DNA from: an uncultured delta proteobacterium
GTDB lineage: Bacteria; Desulfobacterota; Desulfomonilia; UBA1062
Direction: 5' to 3'
NCBI GenBank assembly: GCA_963752595.1
Contig: CAVVYZ010000007.1
Span: 1-64,000 of the forward strand
Length of the DNA stretch: 64,000 nucleotides
Shown: positions 10,953 to 23,162 of the stretch, piece by piece
Layout: every line of letters starts with the position of its first letter
How positions within the stretch are numbered: the stretch's first letter is position 1
Notes under the pieces: generated by a model
Told to the model about the DNA's origin: nothing
The model's database searches: none
Seen by the model: only the letters and a program-made list of their open reading frames with translations
Program-made: the position numbers and the translations under genes

Positions 10953-13124
10953 ATGGATCGAAAATCAGTCAATGCCTATAGAGACATTTCTTTTTATTTT
11001 ATTCTTGTCCTGTTAGTAGTTATTACCTACTTCCGGACGATAGGGAACGGCTTTGTGAATATGGACGATCCTCTCCAGCTCACCGGGCAGAGCCATGTCC
11101 TTTCGGGCCTCACCTGGGACAATTTTCTGTTTTCTTTCGACCCCGAATCATGGTGCGGGCCGCTCACGTGGCTCGGATATGCAGCAGGCTATACCTTTTT
11201 CGGATTGAATCCGGCTGCTTTCCATATGATGAGCTTGATCCTTCACATCGCAAGCAGTGCATTGCTTTTCTTCCTTTTCAACAAAATGACCGGCCAATTC
11301 TGGCAGAGCGCCATTGTCGGGCTGTTGTTTGCCTTTCACCCGATAAACGTCGAGTCGGTTGCATGGGTTGCCGAATTGAATAATGTACTGAGCGGGCTCT
11401 TCTTCATGCTGACGCTGATTGCCTATTGTTTCTACGCCGATAGACCGGACGGGAAGAGATATATCCTTGCCCTCGTGGTATTTGAACTGGGCTTGCTCGC
11501 AAAGCCCGTGCTCATGACCTTGCCGTTTGTTCTGCTCCTGATCGATCTTTGGCCGCTCAAGAGGGTCCGTTTCGAGAGGATCATTGAAAAAAATGGCGGA
11601 AGAACGGTTGTACAGGGTGTCCCTATCACCCGGCTTGTCATGGAAAAGGTCCCATTCCTGGTTTTATCCCTCATATCGTTCCTGATAAACCTCCATGGGG
11701 CGAACGTAAAAATGGGTTTGTACAGCTCGGAATCGATTCCCCTCGATCTTCGACTTTCCAATGCCGCCGTTTCAAGTATAAAATATCTGGGAAAGCTGTT
11801 CTGGCCGCAGGACCTGGCAATCTTCTATCCTTACCCGACAACGATACCGGGTTGGCAGGCAGCCGGTGCGGTTCTCCTTCTCGTTCTCATCACGATAGCG
11901 GCTTTGCGGGTAATTACCAGGCATCCATACTATTTGGTAGGGTGGCTCTGGTTTTTGGGCTGCCTTGCTCCATTTCTGGGAGTCTTCCAGGCAGGCGTTT
12001 GGCCCGAAATGGCAGACCGCTATGCATACCTTTCGTATATCGGCATATTCGCCGCGCTGTCCTGGGGATTATCCGAGCTGTCCATCAGGTGGAAGAACGG
12101 TCGGCAGATCGCAGCTGCGGCGGGAATCATGGTGGTTCCTGCCTTGATGCTCCTGACATGGACTCAGACCTGTTACTGGAAGAACAGCGAAATCCTCTTC
12201 ACGCATGCCCTCACCGTCACGAAGAACAATTATATGGCACATAACAATCTCGGACTAGCCTTCTTTGAAAAAGGCGATATCGAGGGTTCGATCAGGGAAT
12301 ACCGTCAATCTATTTCGATAAAGCCTTATTTCCTGGATCCTCGCAATAATCTCGGGATCGCACTCTTCAATATGAAGCAATACGACGAAGCAGAAGAACA
12401 GTTCCGTGAGTGCTTGAGAATACATTCTCAAAAAGGGGACGTTTACAACAATCTCGGCGGCGTTATGATGGCAACAGGCAATTATGATGCTGCGATAAAG
12501 AACTATCTCGAAGCGCTGCGCTTAAACCCTTATCAGGAAGGGGTTCACTTTAACCTCGGCAATGCATACTTCCAGAAAGGGAATACCCGGAAAGCCATCG
12601 AACATTATCAAAGGGCCATCGATTTGAGGCCGGATTACCCGGATGCGGTAAACAACCTTGAAAAAGCTGCAACGGCTCAGAAGAATACCGAGCAATTGAT
12701 CTCAAGGATCCAACAAGCTCTCGGAGGAGATCCTACCAATCCTCTCTTACTCACCAGACTCGGCGATCTTTTCCGCCAACAATCCGAATATGACCAGGCT
12801 ATCTCACAGTATGAAAAGGCCCTATCGGCTCACGCAAACGATATCAACGCCTATAACGGGCTGGTACTCACATATTCCGAGAAAAAAGATTACACCAATG
12901 CGATTGATATTCTACTCAAAATGAAGCATCTCCAGCCGGACAATCCGGATATTTATTACAACCTGGCATGCATCTATGCAAAACGGAACATGACGGATGA
13001 CGCAGTCAACTGGCTGAAAAAGTCCATTGACAAAGGTTTCCGGAATTTGGGTTTGATCAAAAAAGATCCCGATCTCGAAAATATCAGAAACACCCCTTTT
13101 GTGAATGCACTCTTGAAACAGTAG
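10953..13124 (+). CDS. TMTC-like membrane glycosyltransferase with TPRs
   Basis: FVNMDD loop, HPINVESVAW, ADRYAYL, TPR repeats, YYNLAC...DPDLENIR end motif. Paralog of 4..2325. Confidence 0.85.
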   Translation: MDRKSVNAYRDISFYFILVLLVVITYFRTIGNGFVNMDDPLQLTGQSHVLSGLTWDNFLFSFDPESWCGPLTWLGYAAGYTFFGLNPAAFHMMSLILHIASSALLFFLFNKMTGQFWQSAIVGLLFAFHPINVESVAWVAELNNVLSGLFFMLTLIAYCFYADRPDGKRYILALVVFELGLLAKPVLMTLPFVLLLIDLWPLKRVRFERIIEKNGGRTVVQGVPITRLVMEKVPFLVLSLISFLINLHGANVKMGLYSSESIPLDLRLSNAAVSSIKYLGKLFWPQDLAIFYPYPTTIPGWQAAGAVLLLVLITIAALRVITRHPYYLVGWLWFLGCLAPFLGVFQAGVWPEMADRYAYLSYIGIFAALSWGLSELSIRWKNGRQIAAAAGIMVVPALMLLTWTQTCYWKNSEILFTHALTVTKNNYMAHNNLGLAFFEKGDIEGSIREYRQSISIKPYFLDPRNNLGIALFNMKQYDEAEEQFRECLRIHSQKGDVYNNLGGVMMATGNYDAAIKNYLEALRLNPYQEGVHFNLGNAYFQKGNTRKAIEHYQRAIDLRPDYPDAVNNLEKAATAQKNTEQLISRIQQALGGDPTNPLLLTRLGDLFRQQSEYDQAISQYEKALSAHANDINAYNGLVLTYSEKKDYTNAIDILLKMKHLQPDNPDIYYNLACIYAKRNMTDDAVNWLKKSIDKGFRNLGLIKKDPDLENIRNTPFVNALLKQ

Positions 13125-13450
13125 TACCAATATAATCATTTCACATTCCGGATCTTGGGTGTCCTGTAAGCCATTAAGAATACTGCAGGATCTTTCCGGG
13201 TTGACAAAGCCGGCCGCAATCACCTAAAGGGAATAGTTGTTGTTATGGCGGGTATCCAAAAAAACTGCTCGCTTAATTGTTATCTTATGCTTAAATGATC
13301 GGGAGCCCGGGCACGATAGATGTATCCGCTGCATGCACTCCCGCGGGTACGCTGAACAGGAAAAAGCCAAGTGGATTTATTTAAGGATGAGACGATAATT
13401 ATGCTGACTGTTTTCAATGGCAACCAAGATGCTGCTGTCTGGAAAGCCGA

Positions 13451-14599
13451 ATGATTTCTTTTAACAAGAAAACCCTCTTTTCTTTGGGAATAGGTCTGAT
13501 CTTTTCAGCGGCTGCATTGTATTTCACGTTTCAGAACATCCCGCTGAGGGAGCTTGCCTCGTACTTAAGAAGGATCAATTACTGGTGGATCATCCCCTCC
13601 CTCCTCATTGCACTTCTGAGCTACATGATACGCATCTGGCGGTGGCAGATCATCCTGCTCCCGGTGAAGAGATCAGGCTTCATGAGCGCCTTCCACCCCC
13701 TGGTCATCGGCTTCATGCTGAACTGCATCCTGCCGGGCAGGGTCGGGGAGATCGCCCGTCCCGCCGTCTATTACAAGAGAGAGCATGTCGAATTCTCAAA
13801 GGTTCTCGGTACGGTCGCCATAGAGAGGATCTTCGATGCCCTGTGCCTGCTCATATTCTTTATCTACATCCTGGCAACCATCACCATCGACAACTCCATC
13901 AACGTTACCTTTGCCGGCTACAACCTCAGCCCGTCGCTGCTGAACAAGCTCTTCACATTCACCCTCGAGTTCAGCCTCACACTTATCGCGATAATCATCC
14001 TCATCAGTTTTTCAAAAACGAGGAAACTCATCAACAGGGTCATCATGAAAATGCCCGATGCCCTTTTCTTTGTCCACGACCACACACGGGAAACCATCCG
14101 CGAGGGCATCTTCAAAAAGATCACTCATTTCGTGGACAACCTTTCCGTAGGCTTCGACATCCTGAAAAGCCCCGGGCTTCTCATCTTGTGCCTGGTGCAA
14201 TCGTTTATCCTCTGGTGGCTCCTGGGACTCTCGTTATGGGTGCTTGCCTTCGGGTGTCCGGGTGTCCAGATAACCTTCCTCGAGGCTTTTGCCGTGGAGA
14301 TCATCATCTGCTTCGCCATCATGCTGCCTTCTGTCCCGGGATACTGGGGGCTCTGGGAAGCAGGCGGCGTATTCGGGCTGATGATATTCGGCATCCCTGC
14401 GAAAGAGGCAGCGGGAGTAATCCTGACCTATCATTTCTTCCACCTGATCCCGGTCATACTCATCGGCCTTGCTTCGGCCATGGTCATCGGCATGAGCATT
14501 ACCCAGACGACCCGCAATGGGGAAAAAGCCATGCACTTGGAAGAGGATCTCAAGAAAGAGAATGAACCCACTGTGTCCCTGGGGATAAATGAGCCCTGA
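13451..14599 (+). CDS. Lysylphosphatidylglycerol-synthase-TM/UPF0104 flippase-like membrane protein
   Basis: RIWRWQ, N-x-x-LPGRVGEIAR, ERIFD, PSVPGYWGLWE. Multi-TM. Confidence 0.85.
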   Translation: MISFNKKTLFSLGIGLIFSAAALYFTFQNIPLRELASYLRRINYWWIIPSLLIALLSYMIRIWRWQIILLPVKRSGFMSAFHPLVIGFMLNCILPGRVGEIARPAVYYKREHVEFSKVLGTVAIERIFDALCLLIFFIYILATITIDNSINVTFAGYNLSPSLLNKLFTFTLEFSLTLIAIIILISFSKTRKLINRVIMKMPDALFFVHDHTRETIREGIFKKITHFVDNLSVGFDILKSPGLLILCLVQSFILWWLLGLSLWVLAFGCPGVQITFLEAFAVEIIICFAIMLPSVPGYWGLWEAGGVFGLMIFGIPAKEAAGVILTYHFFHLIPVILIGLASAMVIGMSITQTTRNGEKAMHLEEDLKKENEPTVSLGINEP

Positions 14600-14637
14600 C
14601 AGGCATGCCCTGCTATCCGGGTTTCAACAGATAATGC

Positions 14638-16775
14638 TCAATTGATCCTGAGGCTTTCTGCCCCGGCGCCCTCGAGCGCCTGCCTCACTCTCAGATTGCC
14701 CGGGTTGATCCGCAGGGCCTCCCTGAGGTGCCGGATTGCCCCCTCCCTGTCCCCCCTCTTCTGAAGGATATCGGCGAGGACCAGGTGCACAGGTTCAACA
14801 TCCGGGTTCAATGCCGTGACCTGCGTGAATTCACGGATCGCATCCGTCTCCATGCCCTGTTTCAGGAACACGATGCCCAGGTTATAATGTGCTTCCATGG
14901 AGTCCGGCTTCAACTGCAGCGACTTGGTGAATGCGGCAATGGCCTCCTGGTATCCTCCCTGCTGCATGTAGGCAGCTCCCAGGTTATTGTACCCCTCGTA
15001 GAAATCGGGATTAAGGAAGATCGCCCTTCTGAGGTCAACGATTGCCTCCTTAAATCTGTTCATCTGCATCAAGACTTTACCCCTGTTGCTGTATGCCTCG
15101 GCATAATTGGGGTCCAAGGCCAGGGCTTTGGAGAAGAAGCTTTGGGCTTCATTCGGTCTCCCGCTCCGCAGGAGGGCTACACCCAGATTATTGTATGCAT
15201 TGGGATAGTCGGCATTGATCTTTATCGATTCGTTTAAAAGCCTGGCCGCACCATCCAGGTCGCCCTTTTCAATGAGGACATATGCCAGATTGGTGCGTGA
15301 TATGTGTTCTTTGGGGTTCAGCCTGATGGCCTCTTCGTACTGAAGTATGGCTTCGTCGTATTTACCCTTGTGAACGAGAGCCTGACCATAGTTATCATGA
15401 ACACGAGCCTTTTTCGGCGACTTTTCCACATTGTCTTTCCAGAAGAGCTCTTCATCGGCCCACACTTTGTTCCTCTCGAATGTCCAGAACGAGAAGGCCA
15501 CTACCAGGAGCCCGATTATGGCCACATGAGCCCACCTGGGCTTCACATACCGGATGAGCCCGAAAACTACGAGCGGGATCACGAACATCGACGGCAGATA
15601 GATCCGATGCTCATACACCAGCTCCAGCGGGATGATCGACGACTCGATGACGAGATTGCCGAAAAACCACAAAATGGCAAATGAGATGAGCTTGTCTTTT
15701 TTTGCTATGTAAACAGCAAATGCAACCATACCGATGATCGCGGCAATGGAGAGGATTGTGGTCACCGGTTTTATCAGTGAGTATGACAAAGGGAAATCGT
15801 AGTCCAGGATAAGCCGTGATGGAAGAGGCAAAGCCAGCAGGGTGATGTAGTGCATGACGACCCGGAACTCGGTCAGCACTCGCCGGCCCATTGTGAAATC
15901 CCTGTGGCCATATGCATCCAAGATGCTCAGCGGGTTGGAAAATCTGAAGTATGCCAGCACAAAGACTATAATGAGAACCAGTACTGCGGAAAATCTGATC
16001 ACCTGCTTTTTCAGCCATGCTTTGTCCAGATCCTGGAAGAAATACCACTCGTATAAAAATATAAAAAGGGCAGTGTGACTGTGATCTCCTTTGTTCCCAC
16101 TGCCAGCAGGCCGGAGACTGCGCTTCCGCCATAGAGAGTCCATTTCCAGCCGCCGGCCATGGTCCTGCCCTTCACATAGAGGACCATAGACAGCAGGTAG
16201 AACATCGCGGCCATGCTCACCATCCTCTGGACGAGGTAGGTTACCGACTGGATATGTGTGGGATGCACCGCCCACACCAATGCGGCGGCCGAAGCCGCCA
16301 GCCAGGGCTCGATATGCTCGGGCAGGACCAGTCCTGCCGCCCTGCTCCTGCATAACACGAGCGTCATCTTCAGCAGTAGGAAGAGCAGCAAGGCACTGAT
16401 CATGTGAATCGCAATGTTTACCACATGATACCCGGCTACGTCATACCCTCCCCAGTAATAGTTCAACGCAAAGCTGATATTCGCCACAGGGCGGTTCGCG
16501 CAAATACTTTTGAGCCCGGCATCCATTAATCCCTGAAAGGTGAGTTCGTTCAGCCTGATTAAAACATTATCCTTTATGCTAAACAGGTCATCGAATAAAA
16601 AAGGACTTCTGATGGAGTTTGAATAAATCGCAACTATGATCCCTGCTGAAAGGAGAAAAAAGGCAACCATGGACAACAGCTGTTTGCTCACCTTCACAGG
16701 CTCAGTCCGTTGACTCGTACCAGGGCTTTGCTTTACTCTGCTGCTACTTTGGATCTTTTTCTGCTTTCCCATCAT
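14638..16775 (-). CDS. Third TMTC-like membrane glycosyltransferase with TPRs (split by one frameshift near 16080)
   Basis: ORF 16011..16775 carries FLFDD, NRPVANISF, HPTHIQSVTYLVQR and TKE. It continues in 14638..16353 with EHRIYLPS and TPRs. Confidence 0.8.
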
Positions 16776-17179
16776 GCAAACCTGGTTTGTTTTTCATTAT
16801 TTTATACCACCAGGCAGTTTGCTTGTTCAATGAATTATTCTTGAACTTTCCATAGGTTTCCCACCGCTCTTCTCGGAGCCGCTCGGAGAAATATGCACAG
16901 GCCTCTGTTGCAGAAGCCCTTCAATAGGGACAAATTGCGCTCAACCCTTCAGAAAACATTTATAAATACAATATTCTTGACAGTTCATTAATCATTCCAG
17001 ATAATTACTCCGAATGCATTGTGAGTGGGCCGTGTTTTTCTTTCACCCATTCCAGACGGAGTCTCTGTAAATGACGCAATCTGGAACGTCCGGCATCGCA
17101 GCACCCAATACTTCTGCATTTTATCCCGCTTTAAATATTAGACACTCTTTACGCACTCCAGAACAAACAGGGGCATGCC

Positions 17180-18229
17180 ATGTATAAAGACAAAACAGTC
17201 TGTGTCGTAGTTCCGGCATACAACGAGGAAACCCAGATCGGGAAGGTCATCGAAACCATGCCGGAGTATGTCGACAAGATCGTGATCATCGATGATGCCA
17301 GCAGGGACAGGACAGCGGCAGGTCATAAGGGGCTACCAGAAAGAAATATAAAAAGGTAGAGCTCATTGCCCATGAGAAAAACCAGGGGGTCGGCGGTGCC
17401 ATAGCATCCGGCTATAAATGGGCACGCGACAACGACTATGACATGGCTGCAGTGATGGCCGGAGACGGCCAGATGGACCCGGACGAGCTGTCTTCGCTGC
17501 TCGACCCCATCGTGGATGACAGGGCCGATTACTCAAAGGGTAACCGTCTTTTTACCGGCGAAGCGTATAAGAAGATTCCCAAGGTCAGGTACTTCGGAAA
17601 TGCCTTCCTTTCGCTGCTGACAAAGATCGCATCCGGGTACTGGCATATGGCCGATTTCCAGTCAGGGCTACACGGTGATCAACAAGTGGGCCCTCCATCT
17701 CATCGACTGGGACAAGATGTACAAGCGCTTCGGCCAGCCCAACGACCTCCTGGTCCGCTTGAACGTCTACAACTTCCGGGTGGTCGACATCCCCATCGAG
17801 CCGATCTACAACATCGGCGAACAATCGAAGATAAACATCTTCAAGGTGATGTTCACCATCAGCTGGCTTCTGCTCAAGATGTTTTTGTGGAGGATGAAGG
17901 AAAAGTACATCATCCGCGACTTCCACCCGCTGATCTTCTTTTATTTCCTGGGCACATTGTTCAGCGTTGTCACCGTGTGCCTTTTCATCAGGCTCTTCTG
18001 GTACTGGCTCACTGATGACCATATCCCTCCTATAAACGCCCTTGCCGCAATGTTCTCGTTCATGTCCGCAAGCCTTTTCATCCTGTTCGCCATGTGGTTC
18101 GATATGGAAGCCAACAAGGATCTAAAGGGAGATAGTACGGGCCATCACAAAGGAATACGCATTCACGAAAATAAAACGGCACAGAATCAAGATGAGCAGG
18201 GCGAATCAAGACCAGCCAGGTTCGCTTGA
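17180..18229 (+). CDS. GT2 glycosyltransferase with C-terminal TMs (two frameshifts)
   Basis: ATG at 17180 reads MYKDKTVCVVVPAYNEE...IIDDAS. Continues in the 17443 (GDGQMDP, KGNR) and 17675 ORFs. Confidence 0.8.
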
Positions 18230-18241
18230 ATCAAAGGCATC

Positions 18242-19296
18242 ATGAAACTTCTTTTCGATATCGGGCATCCTGCACACGTTCACCTATTCCGCAATTTGAT
18301 GGCCAAAGTAAAACAGAATGGAGGTGATATCCTTGCAGTGACCAGGGAAAAGGATGTCACTGTTCAACTTTGCTCATTTTACAGAATACCGCAAGTCGTT
18401 CTCAGCCGTGTCTACAGCGGCAAATTTCTTTCAGGCCTTGGGGAGTTTACAAAGAGAACGGTAAAGTTGCTTTACCTGGCAATCAAATACAAGCCCGACG
18501 CGCTGCTGGGGACATCCCTGAGCATCGGGATCGTCGGGAAGACTATTCGAAGGCCTTCGTTCGTGTTCAATGAAGACGATGCCTACTACATCCCCCTGTT
18601 CTCCAGGATCGCCTATCCGACAAGCGATTACATCGTAACCCCTGAAAGCCTCGCATACGAGAATTACGGCAGAAAGCATCTCACCTATCCGGGGTATCAT
18701 GAGCTGGCTTATCTCCATCCAGACCTCTTTGAACCTGACCCTGAAGTCCCCAGGTCTATCGGCCTTGATCCGGGCAAGCCTTATTTCATCCTCCGCTTCG
18801 TATCGCTGAAGGCGCACCATGATGCCCACGCAAGCGGCCTCCCCCACGAATCCACCCTGGAAATATTATCCCTGCTTTCTCGCAATGGCAGGGTCCTGAT
18901 AACCTCCGAGGGGAAGCTCCGTGATGATTTCGTGCCATACCAATTTCCCTTGCCTCCTGAGAAATTCCACGATGTGCTGGCTTTCTCTTCAATATATATC
19001 GGCGACAGCCAGACCGTGAGCATTGAGGCCGGCATGCTAGGTATCCCGAACATCCGCTGCAACACATTCGTGGACAAGATCTCATGCCTGAGAGAGCTCG
19101 ATTACACACACAAGCTCACGAAGGGCTTCCGCCCCGGGCAGACGGGCGATCTTCTGGCAACTATGGAAGAATGGCTGAAAGACCTGGATAAGCTCAAACA
19201 GGAACACATAGAAGACGCGAACACATGCTGAGTTCATGCGTCAACCTCACGGACTGGACTTGGAACATGCTCCAGGAAAAGATAGGCAGACACTGA
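18242..19296 (+). CDS. DUF354 family GT-B-fold protein
   Basis: DIGHPAHVHLF, YPGYHELAYLHP, IGDSQTVSIEAGMLGIP. A probable frameshift near 19215 extends it to the TGA at ~19296. Confidence 0.75.
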
Positions 19297-19357
19297 TTGC
19301 CTGGTCTGAGGTGTTTAAGACTGAGAGCTTATCCCGCTACGAAAGGGGGGGGTCTGC

Positions 19358-19501
19358 ATGTGCGGAATAGTTGCCATAGTCCGCAGGGGAATAGCAGGGC
19401 CTCAGCAGGCCTATTCGCACTGCATCCCCTTGTATTGCACATTGACATCAACTGAACAAAATCATTGCAATGGTAAGCATCAGCAAGATGACCAGGAATG
19501 A
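19358..19501 (+). pseudogene. Truncated N-terminus of an Ntn amidotransferase (AsnB-like)
   Basis: Purine-rich SD, then MCGIVAIVRRG. The frame stops after 47 codons. Confidence 0.4.
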
Positions 19502-19570
19502 GTTGAGGCCTCCAATCTCTGCAGGCAAGGAAAAGCATAGTATGATCGTCGTCACCGCCAAGGCCGCCGG

Positions 19571-20794
19571 ATGAACTTCCCTGGTAAAAAGATAATTTAT
19601 ATCACCCACAGTTATAATAATTTTATAAAAAACCAGATAGAGCTTATCTCGCCTCATTTCGAGCAGGTGTCCGTTCTTGTCAGAACTAAGCCTGTTGCGG
19701 AACTGAGCAATTATCTCCCCATACCCTATTTCGAACCCTTCAACTTAAAAAGCCTCATCAACACCGAAACACTCCCCGACAATGTTGAGGTAATCCCCAT
19801 ACCCCTCTATTACCTGCCCTTTGACTCATCATATAAAAAGCTCGGCCTAGACCATTACCGGGCTGTCGAGCAGGTAATCAGAAAACGTGGGGTAACATTC
19901 GACCTGATCCATGCGCACTTTACCTGGACGGCAGGTTATGTAGGAATGAGGCTCAAGGAGATGAGCGAAAAGCCCTTCATCATCACTGCACACGGCTATG
20001 ACATCTACGACCTCCCCTTCAGGGATGACGTCTGGAGGACCAACATCAGTTCTGTACTTGAGTCAGCCGATCATATCATTACCGTGAGCGGAAAAAACCA
20101 GGAGTGCATCCGCAGGCTCAATGTTTCAACCGCTGTCTCGGTTATCCCCAACGGCTTCAAGACAGACCCGTTTTATCCCCGGGACATGCAGGAATGCAGA
20201 AAAAAGCTGGGGCTCCCCCCTGACAGGAAGATACTCCTGAACGTGGGCGCCCTAGTGGATGTCAAGGCACAGGCAGACCTGATCGAAGCTGTTGACAGGC
20301 TGAAGGAATCCCATCCGGATCTGCTCTGCATAATCGTCGGCAGCGGGAAGTTGAAGAACAGGCTCTCTCGGCTCATCATTAAAAAGGGCCTGCAAGACCA
20401 TGTAACCCTTGCCGGGGGCAAGCCACATGCAGAAATCCCTCTCTGGATCAACGCCTGTGATGCATTTGTCCTGTCGAGCCACGCTGAGGGAAACCCCACG
20501 GTCATGTTCGAGTGTCTAGGATGCGGAAAGCCATTCATCGGAACAAAGGTGGGTGGCATACCTGAGATTATATCTTCTGAGGATCAGGGGTTCATCGTGG
20601 AGCCAGGTGATGTCACCGGACTTTCACGGAGCATGGCTGCTGCATTTTCCAAGGAATGGGACCGTAAAGTGATATTGGATTATGCACAACAGTTCACATG
20701 GGAAAGATTAACCCATGCAATAACCGATATCTATGGAGCCCTATTGAAGCGAGAGTACCCCTCTGAAAAGAAAAGAGCTTTACCTGATCCATAA
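19571..20794 (+). CDS. GT4 glycosyltransferase (TuaC-like)
   Basis: DLIHAHF, ITAHGYD, VIPNG, EGNPTVMFECLGCG, VGGIPE. Confidence 0.92.
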   Translation: MNFPGKKIIYITHSYNNFIKNQIELISPHFEQVSVLVRTKPVAELSNYLPIPYFEPFNLKSLINTETLPDNVEVIPIPLYYLPFDSSYKKLGLDHYRAVEQVIRKRGVTFDLIHAHFTWTAGYVGMRLKEMSEKPFIITAHGYDIYDLPFRDDVWRTNISSVLESADHIITVSGKNQECIRRLNVSTAVSVIPNGFKTDPFYPRDMQECRKKLGLPPDRKILLNVGALVDVKAQADLIEAVDRLKESHPDLLCIIVGSGKLKNRLSRLIIKKGLQDHVTLAGGKPHAEIPLWINACDAFVLSSHAEGNPTVMFECLGCGKPFIGTKVGGIPEIISSEDQGFIVEPGDVTGLSRSMAAAFSKEWDRKVILDYAQQFTWERLTHAITDIYGALLKREYPSEKKRALPDP

Positions 20795-20800
20795 TAAATT

Positions 20801-21938
20801 ATGAAAACTCAAAGAAGACCAATACGTGTACTCTTTATCATCTCCACCCTTTCGGGAGGTGGAGCCGAGCGTGTAGTGAGCTCGATCCTTAGAGATATCG
20901 ACCGGGAAAGATTTCTCCCCTCGCTTTTGCTCTGGAGAAATGAGGTAGTATATCCGCTTCCTGAGGGCATTCCCGTAACCATCATCGAGAAGCATAGCCC
21001 TTTTGATATACTGAGAGTGGTTCTCAAGACGAGATCTCTGATCAGATTGGCCAAGCCTGATATTATCTACAGCCACCTGAGCTTTGTGAACCTCCTCACC
21101 GGGCTTTCACTCCTACTTCTGAAAGAAGTTCCAGTATGGATAGCATGCGAGCACAGCAATCCCCATCTGTCGATACCTGCGACCATGAGATACGTGCTTG
21201 CGATCATGCTTAGGAGGGCAGACAGGGTGATCGGAGTTTCGGAAGGGGTTTCTAAGGCGATGGTTGACACCTTAAGTCTGACCCGGCAAGATTATTACTC
21301 TCTACAATCCTTTAGACCTTCCCGTGGGTACACCTCATATCAATCTAGAGGGGCATGCATTCAATACTCCCATAATTACAGCGATGGGAAGCCTTAATGA
21401 AGCAAAGGACTATCCCACGCTCCTCAAGGCTTTCTCAATTCTCCTGAAGAGGACTCCTGCTCTGCTAAGGATACTTGGAGAGGGGCCTCTAAGAGGTGAT
21501 CTTGAGCGTATGGCAGCTGCCCTTGGTATTGCGAATCATGTTGAATTTCTTGGCTTCGTAAAGGACCCGTATCCTGTTATCATCTCATCGGATGTCTATG
21601 TAATGTCATCCAGGTGGGAAGGGTTACCAACTTCCCTGATCGAGGCAATGACATGCGGTGTGCCGGTAGTCTCTACGAGAGCCAAGTACGGGCCGGAAGA
21701 GATCATCGAGAATGAGAAATGCGGGCTTTTAGTGGATGTCGGCGATTCCGAGGCGATAGCTGAAGCAATCCATACCATCATCACTGACAAGGCTCTCGGC
21801 GAACGACTTTCAAGGGCTGGCATCGAGAGGGTACGATCGAAATTCTCCAAAGATGCCCTCATGTGGAACCTGCAGACACTATTTGTCAGCACGCTCGAAG
21901 ATACCTGCCACAGACTAGAGGATCAGCTATCTGGATGA
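20801..21938 (+). CDS. GT4 glycosyltransferase (frameshifted near 21280-21330)
   Basis: LSGGGAERV in the 20801 ORF. KDYPTL and SRWEGLPTSLIEAM in the 21324 ORF. Confidence 0.85.
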
Positions 21939-23133
21939 GCACAAGTATGAAGACCGCCTATATAAATCTTATTTATGGTCCTTCTTTAGGCGTGGAGGAG
22001 AGATTCAGAGATAAAGCGTTAGCAGCAAGAGAGATGGGACTGCCGATGGATTTTTATATGCTGAATACCACTGGCACGTTCACTTCAAACGGCGTCAACC
22101 ACATCAAACTGAAATCAGCAAGACCCCCCCTGAATATCTGGGAGTCTTTTTTTGCCGCTACAATCTTATCGAGAAGACACTCAATTTGGACAACTATGAC
22201 TACATTCTCTTGCGCTACCCCATGGCCGATAAATCCGGATTCGGATTTGCCGAGAAGCATCGGCTCATCACCGAACACCATACTGACGAAGTATACGAGG
22301 CACTGTCTCAGGCAAAATCGAGGAATGCCTCCCTCAAGAGCAAGTTCATCTCTTCCAGCAGGTATTTGCTTGAAACGACGCACGGCGACAGGCTTCTGAA
22401 CTCTTGCTGCGGGGTCGTAGGACTGACAGATGAAATAAGGAAGATCCAGCTGTCACGGGCCCAGAAGGACATCCCGTCCAGGGTCATCGCGAACGGCATC
22501 GATGTCAACAAAATTAGTCATACTGGATTCAAGATATTTGATGGCAAGAAATTAGACATCGTTTTTGTCATGGGTGTACCTCATCCATGGCACGGCCTCG
22601 ACCGTATCCTGAAGTCCATACACGATTACAAGGGGAATGTGTCCGTTACCCTTCACCTTGTGGGGAAAGTCTTACCTACTGACCTCGGAGCAATCAGAAT
22701 CGACAAAGCGGACATAAGACTCCATGGTATTCTGAAAGGCAAAGAACTCGATTCCGTCATGAGGGAAATGAATGTTGCAGTGAGCTCCCTTGCCGAATAT
22801 CGAAACCATATGCAAGAGGCTTGCACACTGAAAACGCGTGAATATGCAGCACGGGGAATACCTTTCATTCTGGCTCATAAAGATCCTGACCTCCTGATGG
22901 TTGACGAAGACAATAAATTCTTTCTGAGTGTTGATAATAACGCGGCCGATATCAACATGGAAGAAATCATCAGTTTTGCTCAAGATGCTTCTCGATTAAA
23001 AGGTATCACGCATTATATGAGGGAATACGCATCAAAGAATATGGATGTAAGAAATAAGATGATGGATTATAATGATTTTATTGAAAACATCTCACCTTGT
23101 AGTTTCAAAACTAAGGCGAAAATTCCGGATTAA
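21935..23133 (+). CDS. GT-B glycosyltransferase (frameshifted near 22150)
   Basis: ATGA overlap at 21935, IANGID, WHGLDR, LKTREYAARGIPF. Confidence 0.8.
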
Positions 23134-23162
23134 GAACCTTAAGTGTACTCTGAACTCTCACA

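Noticed and set aside
13309-13324. Sigma54-like GGGCACGATAGATGTA upstream of the flippase-like gene
   Set aside because: The -12 element is GT rather than GC, which is too weak to call.
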